Positions 28,675 through 37,127 of a stretch of 64,000 nucleotides of DNA are shown piece after piece. The stretch is taken from the IMG/VR virus record IMGVR_UViG_3300005973_000002, one strand, 5' to 3'. The position numbers were made by a program, and so were the translations under genes. Within the stretch, counting starts at the first letter, position 1. Each line of letters begins with the position of its first letter. The notes under the pieces are model-generated. The model had not been told where the DNA came from. It was given only the letters and a program-made list of their open reading frames with translations, and did not search any database. The stretch comes from a virus (Duplodnaviria; Caudoviricetes).

Positions 28675-29547
28675 ATGAATAAAACTCAAACTAATTTTGT
28701 AATCTTTAGCAAAGACAGAGCTTGTCAGTTACATGCTTGCCTTGAGTCCCTGAGTAAACACTTCAAGAGTGATAAAGAACCAACAACTACGATTATTTAC
28801 AAGGCATCTACACCAGAGTTTGACAATGGATATGAAAAACTAAAACAGTCGTTTCCAGAAACTGATAATTTTGTTTGGGCTCCCGAGAAGGATTTCAAAC
28901 ATCAGACCGTTAAGGCAGTGCATGGATTTCCATGGGCACCGTCACAATTCACAATATTTCTTGTGGACGATATTATTTTCGTCAATGACGTCAATACGTC
29001 TGATAAACAATTTGAACTTATTCGTAATAATTCAATGATCGTTGGCATAAGTCTAAGACTTCACAATGGAGTAAATCATTGTTACGCAACAAACGAAATT
29101 CAAAACGTACCACGGTTTGTAAAAGATGTTGTTTGGGCCTGGGATCAATGTAATGGCGATTGGGGTTATCCAATGTCAGTAGATGGCAATGTTTACAACA
29201 CTGATTTCATTTCTTCTTTTGTTGACAGTCTTGATTATTACAATCCAAATACATTTGAAGCGGCTCTAGACTCAGTTAAGCATCAAACAAACATACCGTC
29301 ATATCTTTGTTGTTATCCAGAAGCTCCCAAGCTTATTAATGTTCCAGCCAATCGAGTTCAAAGTGCATATAAAAATCGATATGCAAAAGGATACACAGTT
29401 GAAGAGTTGAATAAATTTTATCTTGAAGGTAGAACAATTGATGTTGATGCTTATCAAGGTTTAAAGCCAAACACGGTTCATGTGCCAATCGATCTTAAGT
29501 TTAAAGATGATAGCAGCTACAATATGCAAGTAGCATTTACAGGATAA
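28675..29547 (+). CDS. GT-A-fold glycosyltransferase-like protein
   Basis: IFSKDRA.QL...LES, FLVDD, WGYPMSVDG motifs. Confidence 0.65.
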   Translation: MNKTQTNFVIFSKDRACQLHACLESLSKHFKSDKEPTTTIIYKASTPEFDNGYEKLKQSFPETDNFVWAPEKDFKHQTVKAVHGFPWAPSQFTIFLVDDIIFVNDVNTSDKQFELIRNNSMIVGISLRLHNGVNHCYATNEIQNVPRFVKDVVWAWDQCNGDWGYPMSVDGNVYNTDFISSFVDSLDYYNPNTFEAALDSVKHQTNIPSYLCCYPEAPKLINVPANRVQSAYKNRYAKGYTVEELNKFYLEGRTIDVDAYQGLKPNTVHVPIDLKFKDDSSYNMQVAFTG

Positions 29548-29548
29548 A

Positions 29549-29634
29549 ATGTACATTAATTTTCGACGTTGTATTCAAGAAGCAGGCGGACGCCTTTCAA
29601 AGGAGTAATTCATATTGGTGCTTTTGAGACCTGA
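29549..29634 (+). pseudogene. relic 5' end of FkbM methyltransferase
   Basis: MYINFRRCIQEAG(G)/PFKGVIHIGA across a frameshift matches MYISMKQCIESIGHPIRGIIHIGA at 30357. Confidence 0.8.
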
Positions 29635-29643
29635 TCATATTTA

Positions 29644-30357
29644 ATGGACATGAAATGTATATTTGAAGGAAATGCTAATAAGGGTGGTGTTTATCAAATC
29701 ACAAACAAGATTAATAAAAAGACCTACATTGGCAGTGCCAAATGCTTTAAGAAGAGAGCTTACCAACATCGTTCCGCATTGAGAAATGGGAAACATCACA
29801 ACAAACATTTACAACGTGCTTTTAACAAGTACGGCAAAGAAGCGTTTGAATTTAGAGTGTTACAAGTGACTGAAGGCAATAGAGACAGTAGACTAAAAGA
29901 AGAACAAAAATATCTTAATAATTTTCTTCTAGAAGATAGATGGAATTTGTGTTATAATTTATTAAAACAATCTAATTGTGGAAATGGTTTCATCGAAAAC
30001 ATTGGCAAAATACCTTGGAATAAGGGAAAAACAAATATCTATTCCGAAGAAACCCTACTAAAAATAAGCAATTCTGTAAAAACAAGTGGAAACCCAAATT
30101 GGGGAAAGGCTCGTTCACAAGAAACTAAAGAAAAAATTGCAAAAAAGAATAAAGGTGAGAAAAACGGAATGTATGGTAAAATAGGAAAAAAACATCCACG
30201 AGCGAAGTCATACAATCTTCTATCTCCCGAAGGAAAGAATTTTAAAGGAATTGGTCTTAGAAATTTTTGTAATGAACATGGATTGGACCAAAGATCAATG
30301 TGGAGAGTCATTTCAGGTCAAAGAAATCATTACAAGGGATGGAGAAAGTGTAATTAA
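29644..30357 (+). CDS. free-standing GIY-YIG homing endonuclease with NUMOD3-like repeats
   Basis: GVYQI...YIGSA, H...L, PWNKGK, SQETKEKI, C-terminal HTH. Confidence 0.92.
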   Translation: MDMKCIFEGNANKGGVYQITNKINKKTYIGSAKCFKKRAYQHRSALRNGKHHNKHLQRAFNKYGKEAFEFRVLQVTEGNRDSRLKEEQKYLNNFLLEDRWNLCYNLLKQSNCGNGFIENIGKIPWNKGKTNIYSEETLLKISNSVKTSGNPNWGKARSQETKEKIAKKNKGEKNGMYGKIGKKHPRAKSYNLLSPEGKNFKGIGLRNFCNEHGLDQRSMWRVISGQRNHYKGWRKCN

Positions 30358-31001
30358 TGTATATTTCAATGAAACAATGTATTGAATCAATTGGTCATCC
30401 AATACGTGGAATTATTCACATCGGTGCGCACCGAGGTCAAGAGGCCGAAGACTATGCTAACAATGGCGTGAAAGAAGTTCTTTGGGTCGAGGCCAACAAG
30501 AAAATGATGAAGCACCTTTATGACAAAACATGCAATGTGCCTACCAAGTCACACTACTTTTGCGCAACCCTCTCAGACAGGGATAATGAAACAGTAACTC
30601 TAAATGTTACCAATAACGAGCAATCGACATCCATCCTTGAACTTGGAACTCATGCAACTATGTATCCCCATATCACCATCTCGGAAAGGATACAGGTTCA
30701 AACCAAACGATTTGAAACTCTTTGGAGAGAGAATGTAAATGAAATCGATTTAGACTCTTATGATTTTGTAAATATTGATGTACAAGGTGCGGAATTAAAA
30801 GTTCTAAAAGGCTTTGGTGAAATCTGGAATAGAGTTCCTATTAGAGCAGTATATGCAGAAGTTAATTTTGAACATGTTTACAAAGGTTGTTGCTTGGTTG
30901 AAGACCTCGACGAGTACCTTGGCGAATTTGGATTCCAAAGAGTGCTTACAGCCGCCCCTGAAGGAACATGGGGTGACGCCTTATATTTGCGGAGAGTCTA
31001 A
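30357..31001 (+). CDS. FkbM-family methyltransferase
   Basis: IHIGAHRGQE, WVEAN, IDVQGAELKVLKG, EVN, WGDALY. Confidence 0.92.
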   Translation: MYISMKQCIESIGHPIRGIIHIGAHRGQEAEDYANNGVKEVLWVEANKKMMKHLYDKTCNVPTKSHYFCATLSDRDNETVTLNVTNNEQSTSILELGTHATMYPHITISERIQVQTKRFETLWRENVNEIDLDSYDFVNIDVQGAELKVLKGFGEIWNRVPIRAVYAEVNFEHVYKGCCLVEDLDEYLGEFGFQRVLTAAPEGTWGDALYLRRV

Positions 31002-31155
31002 ATCCTTACCTGATCTTTGCAAAAGATACCGCACTCTTGTCCATTTTAGGAAGCAGGATCACAATCGTTTAGTAGATACCGGTTATGTTTATGCCCCATG
31101 TGTTCCATTGATTGTTACGCCGACGTTCTTGAGCGGTAGCGGAAAGACAAAATGA
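30973..31155 (+). CDS. small ORF resembling the C-terminal segment of a gp23-like major capsid protein
   Basis: DTGYVYAPCVPLIVTPT resembles MCP G(Y/A)VYAPYVPL..TPT; possible GTG start with AAGGA SD. Confidence 0.55.
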   Translation: MTPYICGESKSLPDLCKRYRTLVHFRKQDHNRLVDTGYVYAPCVPLIVTPTFLSGSGKTK

Positions 31156-31233
31156 TACATAAAGGTCCAGATTCCCAAAATTAGAATGAGCACATATGTA
31201 AGAAAACAAGATCTTGCAATATGGAGGAGATGA

Positions 31234-32130
31234 ATGTCCGAACAAGAAACAATGACTGAAGAACAGCAAAGAGAGTTGCGAAATTCAATTTTCGCCGCTA
31301 AGAAAGCAGCTGAAGGTGCGCAAGGAGCGACTGAAGTATCGAGAGAGCAATACGCAAAGCAAGAGCTTGGGCTTGATATTCCGGTTGATGCAGTTCCACT
31401 TCCATCCGCTGGACAGATTTATCCAGCAGGTCACGCATTGCATGACGCCAAGAGAGTTGAATTTAGAGCAATGACAGCTCGTGAAGAGGATATTCTCATG
31501 AGCCGTGCATATATCAAGCGTGGTACGGTTATTACCGAACTTATCAAATCATGTTTAATCAACCGAAACGTAGATGTAAACTCAATGATTTCTGGTGATC
31601 GCAATGCATTGATGATTGCCATTCGTATTTCCGGCTATGGTGCAAACTACCAACCACAGTACACTTGCCCTAATTGTGAAACCATGAATGAACTCAATAT
31701 CAATCTTGCCGAGCTTCCAATTAAGCCTTTATCATTACAGCCAGCAGAAGCTTTTACTAACCTATTTCGTTTCAAACTTCCTAAAACCGGGAAAACCGTT
31801 GGTTTTCGTTTTCTAACGGGCGAAGAGGAAGAAAAACTTCTTAAAGCCATGGAAGTAAAAAAGAAAAAAGGAATTCAAAACGACAACATCGTAACCACTC
31901 GACTTCTTTCGTCGATTGTTGAAATTGACGGGGTAACTGATAGAAACCAAATCTCTAAATTTGTTCAGTATATGCCGGCACTCGATTCACTTTCTTTAAG
32001 GAAGCATATTGACGACAATGAACCTGGCGTTAATATGACTGTTGAATTCGTTTGTCAAAATTGTGACCATGTGGCAGACATCACGCTGCCCATGGGTCCA
32101 TCGTTTTTTTGGCCTAATGCCCGAACATAG
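31234..32130 (+). CDS. T4 gp26-like baseplate hub / tail assembly chaperone
   Basis: VPLPS.G..YP, MTAREEDIL, GDRNALM.AIR..GYG, two CxxC, ends FFWP. Confidence 0.85.
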   Translation: MSEQETMTEEQQRELRNSIFAAKKAAEGAQGATEVSREQYAKQELGLDIPVDAVPLPSAGQIYPAGHALHDAKRVEFRAMTAREEDILMSRAYIKRGTVITELIKSCLINRNVDVNSMISGDRNALMIAIRISGYGANYQPQYTCPNCETMNELNINLAELPIKPLSLQPAEAFTNLFRFKLPKTGKTVGFRFLTGEEEEKLLKAMEVKKKKGIQNDNIVTTRLLSSIVEIDGVTDRNQISKFVQYMPALDSLSLRKHIDDNEPGVNMTVEFVCQNCDHVADITLPMGPSFFWPNART

Positions 32131-32395
32131 AGAAGCGGTTCTACTTGAACCATTTTTCTTGCTCGGGTACTACTTCGGCATGGATTGGGACACTTATTAT
32201 TATAAGTTTCCAATCAGTTACAAACGATGGCTCATTGAGCGAATACAAAGAGAGATACAAGAAGCCGCAAAAGCAAATGAACAAGGTGGCTCGCAAGTAC
32301 CGTCACGAGGCGCACATCATAATACTCCAGACATGAGAGCGCTGTCTGGCAAACATAGAGCCCAAACTCCCGCAAAGTTGAGACGGTTTACGTAG
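32117..32395 (+). CDS. chaperone partner ORF, possibly reached by frameshift
   Basis: EPFFLLGYYFG..W..YY.FPI.Y.RWL; frame is open from upstream of the T7 run at 32104. Confidence 0.7.
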   Translation: MPEHREAVLLEPFFLLGYYFGMDWDTYYYKFPISYKRWLIERIQREIQEAAKANEQGGSQVPSRGAHHNTPDMRALSGKHRAQTPAKLRRFT

Positions 32396-32420
32396 CTCAA
32401 GGATATCCATCCTATTCAAG

Positions 32421-32452
32421 AAAGCCTATAGTATGTAACTATAGGCTTTTTT
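32421..32452 (+). terminator. intrinsic terminator
   Basis: perfect 11-bp stem AAAGCCTATAG/CTATAGGCTTT plus T tail. Confidence 0.9.
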
Positions 32453-32653
32453 ATGAGCAAAACACTTTCAAATTTAGTAAAGAAATACCGACGGGCGAAG
32501 ATTGGAAACAAGTTTCAGTTCCCGCATGTTAGAAAGGTTAGCCCAACACTGATATCACAGCAGGTTGTATCAGTCCAACCAATGAGTCTTCCTTCTGGTT
32601 TGCTGTTCTACTTAGACTACTCCTATACAAGTGGAAGTAATAAACAGGAATGA
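32453..32653 (+). CDS. 66-aa ORF resembling an internal segment of a gp23-like major capsid protein
   Basis: FPHVRKV...LI...VVSVQPMSLPSGLLFYLDY matches the MCP VQPMxxPxGxxFxL motif. Confidence 0.75.
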   Translation: MSKTLSNLVKKYRRAKIGNKFQFPHVRKVSPTLISQQVVSVQPMSLPSGLLFYLDYSYTSGSNKQE

Positions 32654-32689
32654 GCGCCAGCATTCTATTTACTTTAAACGGAGAATGTA

Positions 32690-33045
32690 ATGCCAGATAA
32701 TCAAAACAAAAGCCCGGATGTTGTCGGTAAAGTTGGAGATTTTATAAAAACTTGGCTTCCAATAGTAATCACCATTGGTGGTCTTGTCACAGGGTATTTT
32801 GTTTTAAGGCTGAGACAAAGCACCAATTTGAACTTCAAAGAGTAGAAGTTACATCTCTAAGAAATGAGCTATCTTCCCTTAGAAATCAAATTGAAACCGA
32901 TAGAAGAGAATGGCAACGTGGTGTTGAGGCCGAATTGAGGACGCTTCGTGAACAATCCATTCGTAGAGATTTTAGAATTCAATCACTTGAAAACCAACGA
33001 AGTGGAGGAAACTCTAATCCGAATGGTTTCACTCCAATAAATTAA
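32690..33045 (+). pseudogene. TM + coiled-coil membrane protein split by a 1-nt frameshift (holin/spanin-like?)
   Basis: ATG 32690 ORF has TM WLPIVITIGGLVTGYFVL and stops at 32845; -1 frame continues KAETKHQFELQRVE... to 33045. Confidence 0.65.
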
Positions 33046-33289
33046 AAATATGCCAATGTAGATGGTCTGGTATATTTCTTTGCTGGGTTCTTAATTCAAT
33101 ATTTTTACCAAAAACTCTTTGACTGACATCAACCAGATGATAAATAATTTTTGGCGTTATTCTAACTGTATGTTTGCGAAGAACTATCATGGGAACTCTA
33201 CATGAAAGACAGTCACAAATGACAATCAGATCGTCTTCATAGTACCAACGTGTTTTTTGATCTAAGATACAGAGATCGCATTCTTTCAT
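33029..33289 (-). CDS. small HIT-family protein
   Basis: CxxC, CxxC and HLHWH histidine triad. Confidence 0.75.
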   Translation of the reverse strand: MKECDLCILDQKTRWYYEDDLIVICDCLSCRVPMIVLRKHTVRITPKIIYHLVDVSQRVFGKNIELRTQQRNIPDHLHWHIFNLLE

Positions 33290-33825
33290 AACAAATCCAA
33301 GTAATCAAGGCCGGCATATGCACAGTCAAACCCTCTTATACTTCCATTCTTAATGTTATTTCTGAATTTACCAAGTGGCCACTTAACTACTTGCAAAAAT
33401 TCATTTTCATCAAGTTCTAATCCATCAACTTTGCGACAGTTGTGTGCAACGAACATGTGTCGCATTCCAGTAGAATATGGATTGTAATTTTGCTTACCAA
33501 GGTAATGAATCTCACCTTCATATCCGGTTTCTTCTTTCAGCTCTCGGATGGCAGATTCCATAGGATCTTCACCCTTTTCCATCCCACCACCTGGTAATTC
33601 TATACAATAGTTTTCAACACCAGGTCTAAATTGCCTTACCGTGAGAACTTTATTGTCATCTGTTACTGCAAAAATTTGGACGGAATCTTTATTGTCATCG
33701 ATAAAAAAGTTCTCGATGATGCCATTTGGTAAACGAAATGTCTTAACAATAAAGTCTTTATCGTACCCAGAAAGGTTATCCTTGATTTTATACTTTTTTT
33801 CGTTTATTTTTTTATAGTCGCCCAT
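33286..33825 (-). CDS. Nudix hydrolase, ADP-ribose pyrophosphatase (NudF-like)
   Basis: VRQFRPG...ELPGG...A.RELKEETGY, ELDENEFL.V. Confidence 0.9.
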   Translation of the reverse strand: MGDYKKINEKKYKIKDNLSGYDKDFIVKTFRLPNGIIENFFIDDNKDSVQIFAVTDDNKVLTVRQFRPGVENYCIELPGGGMEKGEDPMESAIRELKEETGYEGEIHYLGKQNYNPYSTGMRHMFVAHNCRKVDGLELDENEFLQVVKWPLGKFRNNIKNGSIRGFDCAYAGLDYLDLL

Positions 33826-33899
33826 GATATCACTTCTCACTGTAAATAGAGTTTTATTGTCGGTTTCAACAAATTGAAACGTGTTCTATACTTTCTATC

Positions 33900-34313
33900 A
33901 TGAGTAAGTTTAAAGAACTTGGAAACAGAGTCGGAGAACTCGTTGATGAAAAAAATGCTGCTTATGGAAATTCTTTTGGCGAAGCTGGAGAGTTTTTGAA
34001 GATTCTATATCCTGATGGCATCAATCCAGATCAATACACAGATATGCTTTGCGTAGTTCGAATATTTGATAAGATGAAAAGGATCGCCACTAAAAAAGAT
34101 GCATTTGGTGAAAGTCCATATCAAGACATTGTTGGATATGCCCTTTTGGGACTGAACCTCTCAGAGGGTAAAATTACAGATGCAATGATGTGTACAGTTT
34201 GCAACAAACCTATAGGTGGGAATGATGCCTTTGTAGGCACGGGTGATGACACAGGTCGCAAATTTGCGCATCAACAATGTTGCAAAACTTACAAAACTGA
34301 ACCAGAAGACTGA
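33900..34313 (+). CDS. nucleotide-modification-associated domain protein (Nmad1/DUF1599-like)
   Basis: KNAAYGNSF, RIFDK..RI, DIVGYA motifs. Confidence 0.6.
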   Translation: MSKFKELGNRVGELVDEKNAAYGNSFGEAGEFLKILYPDGINPDQYTDMLCVVRIFDKMKRIATKKDAFGESPYQDIVGYALLGLNLSEGKITDAMMCTVCNKPIGGNDAFVGTGDDTGRKFAHQQCCKTYKTEPED

Positions 34314-34382
34314 AACTCGAAAATAAGTTAAAACTCGTATAAGCTTGTGATATGGTAACTTGACCTATATTGGAGGTTCATC

Positions 34383-36383
34383 ATGGCTAAGAAATGGAAT
34401 TTTGATCCTTTTAAAGGCTACAAAGGAAATCTTGATTGGTTGGAGAAGCGAACCATTTTCGTAACTGTGCATGGATCACAAGCTTATGGCACCTCCATGC
34501 CTGAATCTGACATTGATGTCAAAGGCTTGGCTATTCCCCCCAAGGAATATTTCCATGGTTTTGTAAAGAATTTTGAGCAAGCAGAAGGCAAGGAACCATA
34601 TGATATGGTTATTTATGGTCTTCGTAAGTTCATGAAGCTTGCTTCGAATTGCAACCCAAACATCATTGAAGTTTTATTTACCGACCCAGATGATTGGGTT
34701 GTTGACACCGTTATTTTTCGAAAACTTTGGGAGCATCGTGATCTTTTTTTAAGCAAAAAGGCTAGATTCACGTTTAGTGGATATGCAAATCAGCAGCTAA
34801 AACGAATCAAGGGTCACAAGCGTTGGCTTTTGGAGCCGCCTACACATAAGCCGACCCGAGAAGAATTTGGTCTTCCTGTTGAACGTAAGATGAGTCAGTC
34901 AGAAATCGGGGCTACGCAAAAATTGGTTGACGATGGTGCCCCATTGGCTGAAGACATTATGAGACTCTTTCACAAAGAACAGAAGTATTATAGTGCAAGG
35001 CGTGAATGGGAACAATACCAAAAGTGGAAGCGCACTCGTAACGAAAAGCGAGCAAAGCTTGAAGCTGATTTTGGTTATGATTGTTATTTGGATGACACAG
35101 AATTTTTGACGGAACGTGGTTGGCTGCCTTACGAGCAAATCACCAAAGCAGATAAGCTGGCAACGGTTCGTCAAAAAACAGGGGAACTGGAGTTCCAGAA
35201 GTTTAGCGAACGAGTCCGAAAGCCTTATAGTGGAGAAATTCTTCACTTCGAAACCCAAGATAGTCTGTGCTCTGTAACTCCCAATCACAGAATGCTGGTG
35301 TCTCCCATGTGCCGCAGCAGAAAAAACGGGTTTTCAACAAGGTATCGGCAGCAGACTGCCAAGTGGCAAATCAAAAGAGCAGATGAGCTTCTCAATGAGT
35401 ATAAAAGCCATTATCATATTCGGTTGACGGCACATCAAACCAAAGACAACACAGAAATTTCTGAAAACCTTCTTTGGATCGTGGGTACCTATGTTAGTGA
35501 AGGTTGTGTTGGGAAACGACTCAAGAACGGCGCACCATCTGTCTTGAGGTTCTCGCAAAAGGAATCCAATAGGCAGCAGGTGTTTTTGGACTCCTTGTGT
35601 GAGAGCACCGAAATGCGGAAAATCACCCATTTTCGTGAAGACAAGGGGTATAATGAACTGATTTATACCTTGGCTGACCGCAGTTTAGCCAAACAGGTTG
35701 TTGAATGGTGCGGCGAATATTCCAGGAACAAACGACTGCCACCGTGGATCACCACCCTGTCAAGTCAACAAGCAAATAGCTTGTTGAATGTCATGATTGC
35801 TGGGGACGGCACAGAGCGTAAATATAGCTCCATTTACTACACAATTTCGCAAGCTCTGGCTAATGATGTCCAGACACTTGGGGTCATTGCGGGAAGGCCC
35901 ACTAAAATTTGGGGGCCTTACGAGGACGGCATGTATCAGGTATATCTTGGCGATCCAGAGGCAACAGATTCTCTTGTGGCTACCAAATACGGTCATGTTA
36001 CTAGTGAAGAAGTTGTTGATCGCCACATTGTTTGCTTTACTGTACCTAATGAGATTTTGATCACACGTCGGAAGGGTAAGCTGGCAATTCAGGGCAACAC
36101 CAAACATGCTGGTCATCTAGTTCGTCTTATGCGAATGTGTCGAGAAATTCTTAGTGAAGGCAAGGTTTACGTTCGACGACCGGATGCTGATGAACTCATG
36201 GCTATTCGTAAGGGAGCATGGACTTATGATGAGCTAATTGAATGGGCCGACAAACAAGATAAAGAAATGCAAAAACTATACGAGACTTCTCCACTTCCTG
36301 AAAAGCCTCAAGTAGAAAAAATTGACAAGGTTTGCCAAATGCTTGTAGAAGAGGCTTTACGGCACGAGTCACTTCGGTTCTAA
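34383..36383 (+). CDS. Pol-beta-superfamily nucleotidyltransferase (RlaP/PF10127-like) with intein
   Basis: HGSQAYG...ESDIDVKG, NPNIIEVL, GYD|TKHA.HLVRL. Confidence 0.9.
   Translation: MAKKWNFDPFKGYKGNLDWLEKRTIFVTVHGSQAYGTSMPESDIDVKGLAIPPKEYFHGFVKNFEQAEGKEPYDMVIYGLRKFMKLASNCNPNIIEVLFTDPDDWVVDTVIFRKLWEHRDLFLSKKARFTFSGYANQQLKRIKGHKRWLLEPPTHKPTREEFGLPVERKMSQSEIGATQKLVDDGAPLAEDIMRLFHKEQKYYSARREWEQYQKWKRTRNEKRAKLEADFGYDCYLDDTEFLTERGWLPYEQITKADKLATVRQKTGELEFQKFSERVRKPYSGEILHFETQDSLCSVTPNHRMLVSPMCRSRKNGFSTRYRQQTAKWQIKRADELLNEYKSHYHIRLTAHQTKDNTEISENLLWIVGTYVSEGCVGKRLKNGAPSVLRFSQKESNRQQVFLDSLCESTEMRKITHFREDKGYNELIYTLADRSLAKQVVEWCGEYSRNKRLPPWITTLSSQQANSLLNVMIAGDGTERKYSSIYYTISQALANDVQTLGVIAGRPTKIWGPYEDGMYQVYLGDPEATDSLVATKYGHVTSEEVVDRHIVCFTVPNEILITRRKGKLAIQGNTKHAGHLVRLMRMCREILSEGKVYVRRPDADELMAIRKGAWTYDELIEWADKQDKEMQKLYETSPLPEKPQVEKIDKVCQMLVEEALRHESLRF
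35082..36098 (+). mobile_element. LAGLIDADG intein (339 aa) in nucleotidyltransferase
   Basis: GYD|CYLDDTEFLTERGW, VTPNHRM block B, VGTYVSEG and MIAGDG, CFTVPN...IQGN|T. Confidence 0.93.
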
Positions 36384-36449
36384 CGTCAATAAACATAGCA
36401 CACAGCCTTCCAGGTTTTGCTGTCTACTTATTGTGGAAAAGGAGAAAAC

Positions 36450-37118
36450 ATGGAAGGCTCAATCATATTAATTGCTACCATAGCAGCATTCGTAGCTATC
36501 GGTATTTACATGCTTGTGAGGATTTTGAAGGGACCAAAATTACCAGAAGGCCATCAATTTGTAGCAGAACACAAAGGTAATAAAGCAATTGTTATAATTG
36601 ATAAAAACCTTGAAGGTGCTATCAAAAACAAAGATGGTAGTGTTATTTCTTGGGTTTTAAATGGTAAGTTTTACTATGGCAATGATCTTGCAATAAAATG
36701 TGCTAAGGCAATCAAAGCAACAGAGCTAGCTTTTAAAGAAAAAGGAGTTGAAAAGGCTGATGTGAGTGAGGTAGTATTCTTATTCAGCACAGATGCTACC
36801 TTTGAAGCGGGATCAAAATGGTGGCAAGCCTGGGCAGCAGGAGCAGCAGCGTATTCTACAGAATTGGTGGGAGATTTTAGAATTAAAGTTCTACCAATGG
36901 CTGTGATACGTACAAAATATATTAAAACTGTATCTGAAAGAGGACAGCCGGCAATACATGAGCTTGTTCATTTGCTTAATAAACAAGCTAATGGAGATTA
37001 TAGTCACAGTCACACCGATCCCAAGTTATGGCTTGGACCTGGTGGAACAGGATCAGTCGAAGGAATTGGTGTACAAAAATGGAAAGAAATCGTAGGTACA
37101 CCTGATGACCAAAACTAA
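36450..37118 (+). CDS. membrane-anchored protein with HExxH motif (possible zinc peptidase)
   Basis: N-terminal TM IILIATIAAFVAIGIYML; IHELVH; AAGGAG SD. Confidence 0.7.
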   Translation: MEGSIILIATIAAFVAIGIYMLVRILKGPKLPEGHQFVAEHKGNKAIVIIDKNLEGAIKNKDGSVISWVLNGKFYYGNDLAIKCAKAIKATELAFKEKGVEKADVSEVVFLFSTDATFEAGSKWWQAWAAGAAAYSTELVGDFRIKVLPMAVIRTKYIKTVSERGQPAIHELVHLLNKQANGDYSHSHTDPKLWLGPGGTGSVEGIGVQKWKEIVGTPDDQN

Positions 37119-37126
37119 ATACCAGC
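37105..37126 (+). repeat. 22-bp direct repeat, copy 1 (duplicated start of nucleotidase gene)
   Basis: ATGACCAAAACTAAATACCAGC identical to 38134-38155. Confidence 0.97.
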
Positions 37127-37127
37127 A

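Noticed and set aside
29548-30357. Group I intron carrying the GIY-YIG gene
   Set aside because: The downstream FkbM has its own complete N-terminus, and there is no non-coding space for a ribozyme core.
30814-30972. N-terminal part of track ORF 30814-31155
   Set aside because: Overlaps FkbM out of frame; only the 3' MCP-like part is meaningful.
36332-36580. 82-aa ORF bridging the NTase and membrane gene
   Set aside because: Overlaps both neighbours and has no SD; the real start is ATG 36450.
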